Source: Planctomycetales bacterium
Lineage (GTDB): Bacteria; 4484-113
Assembly (NCBI GenBank): GCA_037445915.1
Contig: JBBIJQ010000011.1
Location: 1,499-42,702, forward strand
Direction: 5' to 3'
Length of the DNA: 41,204 nucleotides
Both the position numbers and the translations under genes were made by a program. Shown in pieces: positions 27,518 through 36,124 of the stretch. Under the pieces are notes generated by a model. It made no database searches and was not told the DNA's origin. It saw nothing but the letters and a program-made list of their open reading frames with translations. Each line of letters starts with the position of its first letter. Within the stretch, counting starts at the first letter, position 1.

Positions 27518-28885
27518 ATGCCGAGGTGGGATTTCACGAAGCTGCCGGATTTCATGGAGGCGAACCTCCCGCCTTACGCCATGGATATCGTGAACGAGGT
27601 CACGGCGGCCGCGCTTGCGCTCGGCGTGAAGGCATACCTGGTCGGCGGCGGGGCGCGCGAGCTTATGCGCGCGTTCATTGAGCAAACCGGCGCGGAGACG
27701 CTGCGCTACTTCCTCTTTGACGTGGACATCGCGGTTGAGGGCGACGCCATCGCGCTCGCTGAAGCCATCGTGGAGAAGCACGGCGGTCAGCTTGTGCGCA
27801 ACTCGCAGTTCCTCACCGCGAAGTGGGTCACGCCGCAGGGCTACGCGGTTGACTTCGCGTCGTGCAGGCGCGAGGACTACCCCATCCCCGGCGAGCTTCC
27901 CGAAGTCACCGGCGGTGTGGAGATATACGAAGACTTGATGCGGCGCGACTTCTCGTGCAACGCGCTGGGCGTGTCCATCAGCAAGGAAGACTTCGGCTTC
28001 CTTTACGACCCTTCGGGCGGCGTGGGCGACATCTTCACCAAGACCATGCGCGTGCTGCACCCGCTGTCGTTCTTTGAAGACCCCACGCGCCTCACGCGGG
28101 CGGTGCGCTACAGCGTGCGCCTGAGCTACGACATTGAAGATAACACAGCAATCCTCTTCCGCACTGGCATTGAGGAGAGCTACTTTGACATGGTCTCGCC
28201 GGAGCGCGTGCGCTACGAGATGGAGTGCATCTTCAGCGAGCCCTACTGGTTCGGCACGGCCTGGACCGCGCAAAACCTTGAAGTGCTTGCGAGCATCCAC
28301 CCTGCGTGGACGGCGCTGCCCACGTATTCGGGGTGGGACGCGGAGATACTTGAGCTTGGCATACGCAACCAAACCGACATTCTTGAGCAGGAGCTAATCC
28401 CAAAGTGGATGGCGCGGATATCCTGGGCGCTTATGGCGGTGCCGGAGGAGACGCTTGCTGGGCTGCTTGACCGCATCGGCCTGCAATCAAAGCTCGCCCG
28501 CAACATGGTGCTGGCTCGCCAGCTCCAAGCCGAGATTACCGGGCGCATGAATCATGCCGGCTTCAAGCCCTCGCGCATCTACCGCGTGTGCCAGGAATAC
28601 GCGCGTAAAACGCTGCTTTTCGCAGCATTCAACAGCTTCCTCGTCCCTGAGACCGAGCCGCTGCGGCACAACTTGTTCCTGCACCTGCGAGAGCTGTCGC
28701 CAAGGAAGGTCGTGCTTACCGGCGAAAAGCTCATTGAGCTAGGCATTCCCGAGGGCCCGCTCATCGGCCGCGCGCAGGAAGAGCTGTGGTGGATGATGAT
28801 GGACGGGGAGATAAGCGACGACTCCTCAACTGAGGAAGCGGGGAAGATGTTGGCTGATAGTTATCGTTTATTGCCTCAACAATAG
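27518..28885 (+). CDS. cca: Class II tRNA nucleotidyltransferase (CCA- or A-adding type)
   Basis: YLVGG..RE, DVDIAVEG, RREDYPIPGELPEV loop, DLMRRDFSCNA, SFFEDPTRLTRAVRY, VSPERVRYE, LGIPEGPLIG. Confidence 0.88.
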   Translation: MPRWDFTKLPDFMEANLPPYAMDIVNEVTAAALALGVKAYLVGGGARELMRAFIEQTGAETLRYFLFDVDIAVEGDAIALAEAIVEKHGGQLVRNSQFLTAKWVTPQGYAVDFASCRREDYPIPGELPEVTGGVEIYEDLMRRDFSCNALGVSISKEDFGFLYDPSGGVGDIFTKTMRVLHPLSFFEDPTRLTRAVRYSVRLSYDIEDNTAILFRTGIEESYFDMVSPERVRYEMECIFSEPYWFGTAWTAQNLEVLASIHPAWTALPTYSGWDAEILELGIRNQTDILEQELIPKWMARISWALMAVPEETLAGLLDRIGLQSKLARNMVLARQLQAEITGRMNHAGFKPSRIYRVCQEYARKTLLFAAFNSFLVPETEPLRHNLFLHLRELSPRKVVLTGEKLIELGIPEGPLIGRAQEELWWMMMDGEISDDSSTEEAGKMLADSYRLLPQQ

Positions 28886-28991
28886 CTAAATAGTGCTAAC
28901 TACATAACTGCTCGTTACTTGCGATTGCCTATTTCACTTTCCTCTCAAATAGTGGTAGAATCCCTCCTTGAATGGAAGGGGAAACACGGAT

Positions 28992-29777
28992 ATGGCTCTT
29001 AGAGTGAAAGATACACCAGAGTTGCCCGGCATAAACATTGAGAAGCTGGCGAACGATATCGTCAGTGGCATCAAGGGCGCGACCAGCTCAAGCAAGAAGA
29101 ACAAAGTCCTCCTCGGCATTTCAGGAGGGGTGGACAGCTCTGTTCTTGCTAGCCTCGCCTGCCGCGCGGTGAGCAGCGACAACGTCTACGGGCTACAACT
29201 CACGCATTCCCACGAAAACGAGCTTCTCATCAAGGACGCCGCCATCCTCGCGCGGCAGTTGCGCATCAAGATGCGCAGCCTGGACATCTCGCCGTTGGTT
29301 GATTTGATGTCCGAAACCCTGCGCGTCCCGTTCCACGGCGAGGAGGCTGTTTCGCGGCGCGCGCAGATTGTGGACCGGCTGCGGATGATGATTATGCTTG
29401 ACATAGCCGAGCAGGAAGGGATGCTGATGCTCTCTTCACTCAACAAGACGGAACGCCTGCTGGGGCTTGGCGTGATGATTGGCACCGCGACCACTGTCGT
29501 GCAGCCATTCGCCGACATCTACAAAACCTACGTTTACCAGCTTGCGGACTTCCTTGAGCTGCCGGACCAGATTCGCGTCCGCCAGCCCAGCTTTGAGTTC
29601 TGGCGCAACCCTGCCGAAGGCGATGAGCCGCGCGAGGTCGTTTTAGAAATTGACAAGATGCTCTACCTGCGCAAGGAAAAGAAGCTCACGCCCAGCCGGG
29701 TCAAGAACATCGGCTTTGCCCCGAGGTTCGCCCAGGCAGTGCTAAAGCGGCTGGATGAAGCTGCCGGGACTCAATAG
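28992..29777 (+). CDS. NadE-like (NH3-dependent NAD synthetase fold) protein with degenerate substrate motifs
   Basis: LGISGGVDSSV PP-loop, RLRM, NKTE, DIYKTYVYQLA; lacks TKxGD and C-terminal HKR; TG-G-TAGAAT and GGAAGGGG upstream of ATG 28992. Confidence 0.8.
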   Translation: MALRVKDTPELPGINIEKLANDIVSGIKGATSSSKKNKVLLGISGGVDSSVLASLACRAVSSDNVYGLQLTHSHENELLIKDAAILARQLRIKMRSLDISPLVDLMSETLRVPFHGEEAVSRRAQIVDRLRMMIMLDIAEQEGMLMLSSLNKTERLLGLGVMIGTATTVVQPFADIYKTYVYQLADFLELPDQIRVRQPSFEFWRNPAEGDEPREVVLEIDKMLYLRKEKKLTPSRVKNIGFAPRFAQAVLKRLDEAAGTQ

Positions 29778-30214
29778 TCCAGCAGGTAATTCACGCCAAG
29801 CAGCACCAGCGTGGCTACCAGCCCGAGAATGATGATAAGCTGGTGCATGGCGATGCTCTTTTGCAGATCGTCGCGCTTCGCCTGCTGCTGTGCCAAGAGC
29901 TTGCGGCTGCGGTCGGAAGTAGCCCTCAATTCCTGAAGCTGCTGCGATTTCAAGACTGATTCCTGCGCGGTCATTCTTGGTCGCGAGCGTTCAACGAGTG
30001 TTTGCTCGGTGAGAAACTTCTGCTCGTTCAGGGACTGGTCGCGCTCAAGTACCGGTATCTGGCTAAGAACATGCCCCAATTCCGCCCGCTCACCGCGCGC
30101 CAACGCCGCCTGCCATACCATCAGGGCGAGAAAGACAATCACAAGCGCAATGTTCACTCCAAGCCGAAACTTGGGGTTGCGCAGCTTAATTTCAGTTTCA
30201 GTCGTTGCTTTCAT
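29771..30214 (-). CDS. Hypothetical membrane protein: two TM helices flanking a Gln-rich coiled coil
   Basis: 147 aa; overlaps the 3' end of the ABC ATPase gene. Confidence 0.8.
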   Translation of the reverse strand: MKATTETEIKLRNPKFRLGVNIALVIVFLALMVWQAALARGERAELGHVLSQIPVLERDQSLNEQKFLTEQTLVERSRPRMTAQESVLKSQQLQELRATSDRSRKLLAQQQAKRDDLQKSIAMHQLIIILGLVATLVLLGVNYLLDY

Positions 30215-31214
30215 CTACATAATCATACAGGAAACACGCAACTTCGTGCTCGGCTTGGTCCGGGACGGCCGCAAGCTCAGGCTCCGCCTCCCGGCAGCGT
30301 GGCATCGCTTGCGGGCAACGCGAGGCGAAACGGCAGCCCGGCGGCAGGTCAACCGGCGACGGGACTTCGCCTGCGAGCGCCGGCGGGCTGAACTTCACTG
30401 CCGGGTCGGGCACCGGCACCGCCGCCAGCAGCGCTTGCGTATAAGGATGCAGCGGGCGCGAGAAGACTCCATCGGTGCGCCCGATCTCGGCGATGCGCCC
30501 CAAGTACATTATAGCCGCGCGTTCGCTTACCGCGCGCACTACCGACAGGTCGTGCGCTATAAGCAGGATGGACAGGTCGTAGCGGTCGCGCAGCTCTAAA
30601 AGCAAATTGAGTATCTGCGCTTGGATGGACACGTCAAGCGCCGACACCGGCTCGTCGGCGATGATAAGCTCAGGGCGCATGACGAGCGCGCGGCCTATGC
30701 CTATGCGCTGGCGCTGCCCGCCTGAAAACTCGTGCGCATAGCGTCCTGCGGCGTCAGGCGGTAGCCCGACCTCGGCAAGGATGGACGATACTTTTTGCAT
30801 CCTCTCGGCTCGCGTGCCGATGCGGTTGACCAGCAGCGGCTCTTCAAGTATCTCGCCGATTTTCATGCGCGGGTCAAGGGACGACAGTGGGTCCTGAAAG
30901 ACCATCTGCACATTAGGGCGCAGCGCGCGCAGCTCGCGCCGCGAGGCTTGCGCAATGTTCATGCCGTAGAAGCAGATGTCGCCGGCGTCTGGCTTTTCTA
31001 GCCCCGCGATGAGCTTGCCCGACGTCGTCTTGCCGCAGCCGCTTTCGCCCACCAGCGCCAGCACCTCGCGCCTGGCTATGTTAAAGCTAACGCCGTCAAC
31101 CGCCTTGAGCTTCAGGCGACGCGGAAAGCCCGCGCCGCGCTTGATGAAGGGGTAATGCTTCACCAGCCCGCGCACTTCCAAGAGGCGCTTATCGTTGTCC
31201 TGCGGCATCAACAT
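30198..31214 (-). CDS. Oligopeptide/dipeptide ABC transporter ATP-binding subunit (OppF/DppF type)
   Basis: GESGCGKT, FSGGQRQRIGIGRAL, ADEPVSALDVSIQAQ, HPYTQALL, GCRFASRCP. Confidence 0.95.
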   Translation of the reverse strand: MLMPQDNDKRLLEVRGLVKHYPFIKRGAGFPRRLKLKAVDGVSFNIARREVLALVGESGCGKTTSGKLIAGLEKPDAGDICFYGMNIAQASRRELRALRPNVQMVFQDPLSSLDPRMKIGEILEEPLLVNRIGTRAERMQKVSSILAEVGLPPDAAGRYAHEFSGGQRQRIGIGRALVMRPELIIADEPVSALDVSIQAQILNLLLELRDRYDLSILLIAHDLSVVRAVSERAAIMYLGRIAEIGRTDGVFSRPLHPYTQALLAAVPVPDPAVKFSPPALAGEVPSPVDLPPGCRFASRCPQAMPRCREAEPELAAVPDQAEHEVACFLYDYVDESND

Positions 31215-31414
31215 CCACGCCGATTCTACCACCGCCGCAATATGGGCAAACTAAGCGCTGAGTACGCCTGGTTGACCGGCCTGGTTTTGGAAGTATCAAT
31301 CTCGCGCATCGTGTTACACTCTGATGCGACGGACAAGCCGATTATAGGAGGGACGGCCTTCGCTCTCCGGCCTAACACGATTTAGGCGTACTTATGACTA
31401 TAGGGAGGTAACAA

Positions 31415-32005
31415 ATGCCAGGACTAACCGAAAGCTTCAGCGAGCTGTTACTGCTGTTCATTTTCACCTCGGCTTTACTTTGGGTATCCTATAGCATTAA
31501 CAAAGATGAACGTGCGCTATCAGGTGCAGCTCCCCCCCTCAGGTGTCTCAATACTGATAGCCGTCCTGACAGCGTTTATAGGTTTCGGTACTATCCCTAC
31601 AGAAGTGAAAAACGACCTATTCGATTATCTTTCAGCTATCGGTATCATCGGTGGCGCAGCTGCACTTTGGTGTTCCGCTATTCCGCTGCTTTAGTGAAGG
31701 GAATTGATACTGCTAAAACAGCTTATAAGAGACAATGGCTAACGAGCAATCTCAAATGGATTCGGTTTACAATAATCATCCCACTCATCTGCGCGTATGT
31801 GTATCTCGCTGCGGGGAATGGAAGAGGAGTTACCGCGCTTGAACGTGAAAATGCGTTTCCTGAGCTAGTGTGGCATATAGGTAGTGTTAACGGCAAGATT
31901 TAGCGCTTGCTTGCTCTCATAGGTTGTATCGCGGCCTACATTCAGGTTCACCAGTTGCTTAAGTTCAGCGACGGCAAGGCAATACCGCCTTCTGAACAAG
32001 TATAG
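31415..32005 (+). pseudogene. AT-richer multi-TM membrane protein gene with two compensating frameshifts and an in-frame TAG
   Basis: RBS GGGAGG; TM-like sequence moves to the +1 frame at the C7 run 31532-31538, returns near 31667, and continues past TAG 31901-31903 (RLLALIGCIAAYIQV..) to TAG 32003-32005. Confidence 0.6.
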
Positions 32006-32011
32006 GCTACC

Positions 32012-32092
32012 TCCCGCTCCTGCCCTTTGCTTCGCTCCTACTATGCTAAGGTTACGGCGGCGAGCCGTGCCAAGCCCTCGCAGAAGGCGGGA
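32012..32092. repeat. Imperfect intergenic inverted repeat
   Basis: TCCCGCTCCTGC (32012-32023) vs GCAGAAGGCGGGA (32080-32092); CCGCCTTCTG (31985-31994) is also a perfect complement of 32081-32090. Confidence 0.45.
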
Positions 32093-32219
32093 TGGGGTGA
32101 GAAGCGGCAAGTGTGACCGTTTTCCGGCAGTACGGCTTTCCAGCCATGCATTTTTAGTAGTGGGGGCTTGTGAAACGGGGCGTGAAGCTGTAAGCTCAAG
32201 GCTGGAGGAGTTCTCGCAC

Positions 32220-33164
32220 ATGACCGAACCGCTTGACCTGCGCAATGTCAAGACATACCCGCTATCGCAGCGCAAGAATCTCGTAAGCACCGCCGCTTTC
32301 GGCAAGCCGCTAGCGCCAGGCGGCGAATACAGCGCGTTTCTAGATTCGCTGCCCAACATATTGCGGGCGCGCGACCTGAAGGAGTTATGCGAACGCATTG
32401 TTGCCGCATCGCGCGGGGGCAGGGAAATCATCCTTGCCATTGGCGCGCACCAGATTAAGCTAGGCCTCGCGCCTTTCATCATGCGTTTGATGGGGGAAGG
32501 TCTTTGCACTGCAGTTGCGATGAACGGCGCGGGAGTTATCCACGACGCTGAGATAGCTCTTATCGGCGAGACCAGCGAGGACGTCGCGGAAAGCATACAG
32601 GACGGCAGCTTCGGCATGGCGCACGAGACGGGCGAACTGGTGAACACGGCGGCGACTGAAGGCGCGAGCACAGGCGAAGGGCTGGCGCGCGCGCTGGGGC
32701 GGCTTATAGCAGAAAGGAAGCTGCCGCACCGTGGATACTCGCTGCTGAACTATTGCCACGAGCACGGAATTTGTGCCACTGCGCATGTCGCCTACGGGAC
32801 CGACATTGTGCACATGCACCCGGGCGCAGACGGCGCTGCCATCGGCAAGGCGACTGAGATTGATTTTCGCAAACTCGCGGCGAAAGTGTGCAATCTGAAG
32901 GGCGGCGTGTATATGAACGTCGGGTCGGCGGTGATTCTCCCAGAGGTATTCTTGAAGTGCCTGTCCATCGCGCGCAACCTGGGGCACGGCGTCTCGGACT
33001 TCACGGCGGCGAACCTGGATATGGTGCAGCACTACCGGCCGCAGGAAAATGTAGTGCGCCGCCCAATGCTGCCGGAGGGCAAGGGCTTCGCGCTGACGGG
33101 TAATCTAGAGATTCTATTCCCGCTGCTTACGTATTGCCTTTTGGACTTAAAGGAGAAGGGCTAG
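32220..33164 (+). CDS. Deoxyhypusine synthase-like fold protein (GSU2086-like)
   Basis: GAHQIKLGL, AMNGAGVIHD.E, G.TSEDV, GSFGMAHETG, GTDIVHMHP, NVGSAVILPEVFLK, HYRP..NVV.RP; RBS GGAGGAG before ATG 32220. Confidence 0.75.
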   Translation: MTEPLDLRNVKTYPLSQRKNLVSTAAFGKPLAPGGEYSAFLDSLPNILRARDLKELCERIVAASRGGREIILAIGAHQIKLGLAPFIMRLMGEGLCTAVAMNGAGVIHDAEIALIGETSEDVAESIQDGSFGMAHETGELVNTAATEGASTGEGLARALGRLIAERKLPHRGYSLLNYCHEHGICATAHVAYGTDIVHMHPGADGAAIGKATEIDFRKLAAKVCNLKGGVYMNVGSAVILPEVFLKCLSIARNLGHGVSDFTAANLDMVQHYRPQENVVRRPMLPEGKGFALTGNLEILFPLLTYCLLDLKEKG

Positions 33165-33189
33165 GGCGGATTCAAAGCCGAGGTGTGAG

Positions 33190-33855
33190 ATGGATATCGG
33201 TGAAATTACCAGCGGTGTGCCAATCCTGGCGTTCCCGCAAACGGTTTTCTTTCCGCAGACAGCGCTAGACTGGGCGTTAAGGCCCGGCACGTTAGCAGAC
33301 ATGTTTCAAGAAGCGCACGCCAGCGGCGCGCCAATCGGGATATTCCGCGCAAGACCTGCAACGGAAGGTGAAGGTTCGCTTCCTTGTGAGCGTATAGGAA
33401 CTATCGGCAGGATTTCGGAATTGGAGCGAGTGGGGGGAGCGGTCAATGTGACGTTTTTCGGCCACTATTGCGCTGACATTCTTAAACTTACGCCGTCCGA
33501 CCCCCTAAATCTTGCAGATGTTCAAAGACGCGCGGAATCATTGGAATTCAGCGGCGCAGACGCCTTGATGAAACTGATTTACGAAGCGGAATTGCTCGTT
33601 AAGAAACTTAATCCTTATGTGCGTGACCGCGAACTCGCCATCCCGACTGATGAGGAGTTGCAGTTTCTTTTTGCAGCCCTGGTAAACTCCATCGCGGCAT
33701 ACCTGCCTTCGCCGCCCAACTTGAAGCAGGCTTGGCTGGAGGAAGCAAACGTGAATAAACGATACGCATTAATCAAAGAGGAGATAATGCGGCTTTCAGC
33801 GCTAGACGACTTGGTGAATAAAGCGCCTAAGTGCGAAGATCCTGGGCTGAATTAG
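33190..33855 (+). CDS. Stand-alone Lon protease N-terminal substrate-binding domain protein
   Basis: VPILAFPQTVFFP, IGTIGRI, KQAWLE..VNKR; no AAA+ or protease domain. Confidence 0.78.
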   Translation: MDIGEITSGVPILAFPQTVFFPQTALDWALRPGTLADMFQEAHASGAPIGIFRARPATEGEGSLPCERIGTIGRISELERVGGAVNVTFFGHYCADILKLTPSDPLNLADVQRRAESLEFSGADALMKLIYEAELLVKKLNPYVRDRELAIPTDEELQFLFAALVNSIAAYLPSPPNLKQAWLEEANVNKRYALIKEEIMRLSALDDLVNKAPKCEDPGLN

Positions 33856-34367
33856 CTTTGCTGCGCGGCTTCGCGCGCCATCACGAAGAGCAGATCGGAC
33901 AGGCGGTTCAAGTAAGCCAGCAGTTCAGGCCGCAGCGGCTTTTCGCGGTGTAGCGAAACTACACACCTTTCGGCCCGCCTGCATACTGCGCGGGCGAAAT
34001 GCAGCGCGGCGGACCCGGCGGGCGGGCCGGGCAAGACAAAATCCTCCAGCGGAAGCAGCTTCGCCTCGCCTTTGTCAATGGCGGACTCCAGCGCCGCAAT
34101 ATCTTCAGGCATGATGCGCCGTTCTAGATGCGCCATCCTGTCTTCAAAGGCGATCTCGGCGGACAGCGTGATGAGGCCTTGTTGGATGCGCCCAATGGTC
34201 TGTGCGGTTTCGCCGTTGGCGATGAGCGAACGCGCCATGCCAAGCGCGGCATTTAGCTCGTCAATATCGCCAAGGGCCGAGATGAGCATGTGGGACTTCG
34301 GCAGGCGCTTGCGGCCGGGAACTGAAGTTGTCCCGTCATCTCCCCGGCGTGTGTAGAGAGGCGGCAT
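33852..34367 (-). CDS. PduO-type ATP:cob(I)alamin adenosyltransferase
   Basis: LYTRRGDDGTT, GDIDELNA.LG, FVLPG, LHFARAVCRRAER, YLNRLSDLLFVMAR. Confidence 0.95.
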   Translation of the reverse strand: MPPLYTRRGDDGTTSVPGRKRLPKSHMLISALGDIDELNAALGMARSLIANGETAQTIGRIQQGLITLSAEIAFEDRMAHLERRIMPEDIAALESAIDKGEAKLLPLEDFVLPGPPAGSAALHFARAVCRRAERCVVSLHREKPLRPELLAYLNRLSDLLFVMAREAAQQS

Positions 34368-34370
34368 TTG

Positions 34371-36077
34371 CTATATCACCAAAGCGCCGCCAAAGTAGTA
34401 GCCGATGTAAGCGACATCAGCTTCGTTGATAGCTCCATCCAAGTTGGGGTCTAAGTAGCGGTGGTAAAGGGCGTTGCCATCCTGAACGCCGAAGTTCTCG
34501 CGCAGCTTGATAACGTCAAGGTCATCAATAACGCCATCGCCGTTAGTGTCCCCGGGCAAAGAAAGCACGTCAAAGACAATAGAGCCAAGAGCCGTGTCCA
34601 GGCCTCGGTAGGCTTTTGCTATCAGCGTGTAAGTCCCGTTGAACATTGTGGCCGGGTCAAGAGTGATATCAAAAGCCGGCCCAGCTTCATCAACGTAAAT
34701 AGGAACGCCAACTTCGTTGATGAAAAACTCCACTTTGTCCATGTCGGTAACGGACTTGACGGCGAAAATCGTAGGCTGGGTTATTGTCGTGCCGGGGACG
34801 GGAAAGAGAAACTCCGACGCCAGCGGCGCCAGGAGAACTACTTGGTAGGGGTCGCTTTCATAGATGCCCCGCTTTACGACAAGCGCAGGCAGGTCCCCGT
34901 AGGCCGCAATGGGGGCGCGGAAGACAATCCTATTGTTGTTCCAGGAAACAATGTGGCCCACGGGAATAGTAACAGCTTCCGCCGGACTGGTATTGTCAAG
35001 ATCAACAATCTGAAGGGCGCAGTTGCTCCCGTTGCCGAAGTTGAGGCCAGTAAGGGTTACGCTGTTGAGCGAGCCGGGGGCAAACCTGCGCGGGACGCAG
35101 TCTGTGATGGATGGGCGAACAGAGAAGAAAACGCCGTTGGTTGTCTCCCCGCCTACGGTTGCAGTGATGTTGCCTTGCGCGGCTATGACGGAAGGCACGG
35201 TGAGAACGATTTCGCCGTCAGCCCAGGAAACTATGCCAGGATCGTTGTAAGGGATAAAAATGCCGCCGGGCATCGTTACGCCGTCGCCCGCGCCGGGAGC
35301 GTCGCCGAGATTATCGCCCGCAAGCGTAATGTCATCGCCGGACATTGCAAAGGTCGGCGAGACGGAGTAGAGGAACGGGTTAAGTATTACGAAGTCTGTG
35401 TCGCTCTCAGAGACGGTCCCGGAAACCTGCACCTGCACCGGCGCGGTAATAGCATCTTCAGGGACGATGCACTCTATCGCTCCGTCCTGCCAGTCAACGA
35501 TGACGGCTTCAAGGCGCTCCATCCCGTCGGTCATGAAGTAAACGAAGTCTAACGGAGGATTATAGATTCCGAAGTTGTCGCCTATTATCGTGAGAGTGTC
35601 GCCGTAATAGCCCGAAAGCGGGTTTAAGCCTGATATTTCGTGCGGCTGGATGGTGATGGAAAGCTCGTTGCTCAACTCGCTTTCCTCGCCGTTGATGTCC
35701 ACAACGCTCAAGCGGTAGTAGTAAGTCTGGCCTATCGCCGGCGAGAAGTTGTCGTAGAAGACGATGGGGTTGTCGCCGGATTGTGGGATGAGGTTGCCGT
35801 TGTTCGTGCGCAAAGACGGGTTGGGCGCGGTTATGCTCTGCGTGTCGCGGTAAAGGTAATAGCCCACCGTTATGGGGTCGCTCACGCGCGGCCAAGTCAC
35901 AATGACGCCGGTTGGCAATCCGGATACTCCCTTGCCTTCTGAGTACGTCAGGTCGCCCAAAACGGGGGCATTGCCGCGCGCAGACGGCAGGCGGCTGCCT
36001 GGATTATTTCCGCCGCAGGATGCCAGCGCCGCAATCGCCAAGAGAACAGCTATAAGCAGAGTTAGTGAGAATTTCAT
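34371..36077 (-). CDS. Lipoprotein with FN3-like, IPT/TIG and Ig-like domains and a C-terminal dockerin-like domain
   Basis: Lipobox LASC; YYYRLSVVD..GEES..SNE; GDTLTIIGDNFG repeats; GDTNGDGVIDDLD / DPNLDGAINEAD; start reassigned to ATG 36077. Confidence 0.85.
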   Translation of the reverse strand: MKFSLTLLIAVLLAIAALASCGGNNPGSRLPSARGNAPVLGDLTYSEGKGVSGLPTGVIVTWPRVSDPITVGYYLYRDTQSITAPNPSLRTNNGNLIPQSGDNPIVFYDNFSPAIGQTYYYRLSVVDINGEESELSNELSITIQPHEISGLNPLSGYYGDTLTIIGDNFGIYNPPLDFVYFMTDGMERLEAVIVDWQDGAIECIVPEDAITAPVQVQVSGTVSESDTDFVILNPFLYSVSPTFAMSGDDITLAGDNLGDAPGAGDGVTMPGGIFIPYNDPGIVSWADGEIVLTVPSVIAAQGNITATVGGETTNGVFFSVRPSITDCVPRRFAPGSLNSVTLTGLNFGNGSNCALQIVDLDNTSPAEAVTIPVGHIVSWNNNRIVFRAPIAAYGDLPALVVKRGIYESDPYQVVLLAPLASEFLFPVPGTTITQPTIFAVKSVTDMDKVEFFINEVGVPIYVDEAGPAFDITLDPATMFNGTYTLIAKAYRGLDTALGSIVFDVLSLPGDTNGDGVIDDLDVIKLRENFGVQDGNALYHRYLDPNLDGAINEADVAYIGYYFGGALVI

Positions 36078-36124
36078 TCGGTTTTCTATTCCCTGAAGTT
36101 CGCGTATTCTAGCATAAACAACCA

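Noticed and set aside
27518-28885. Poly(A) polymerase PcnB
   Set aside because: Lacks the GRRF-type PAP signature between motifs A and B
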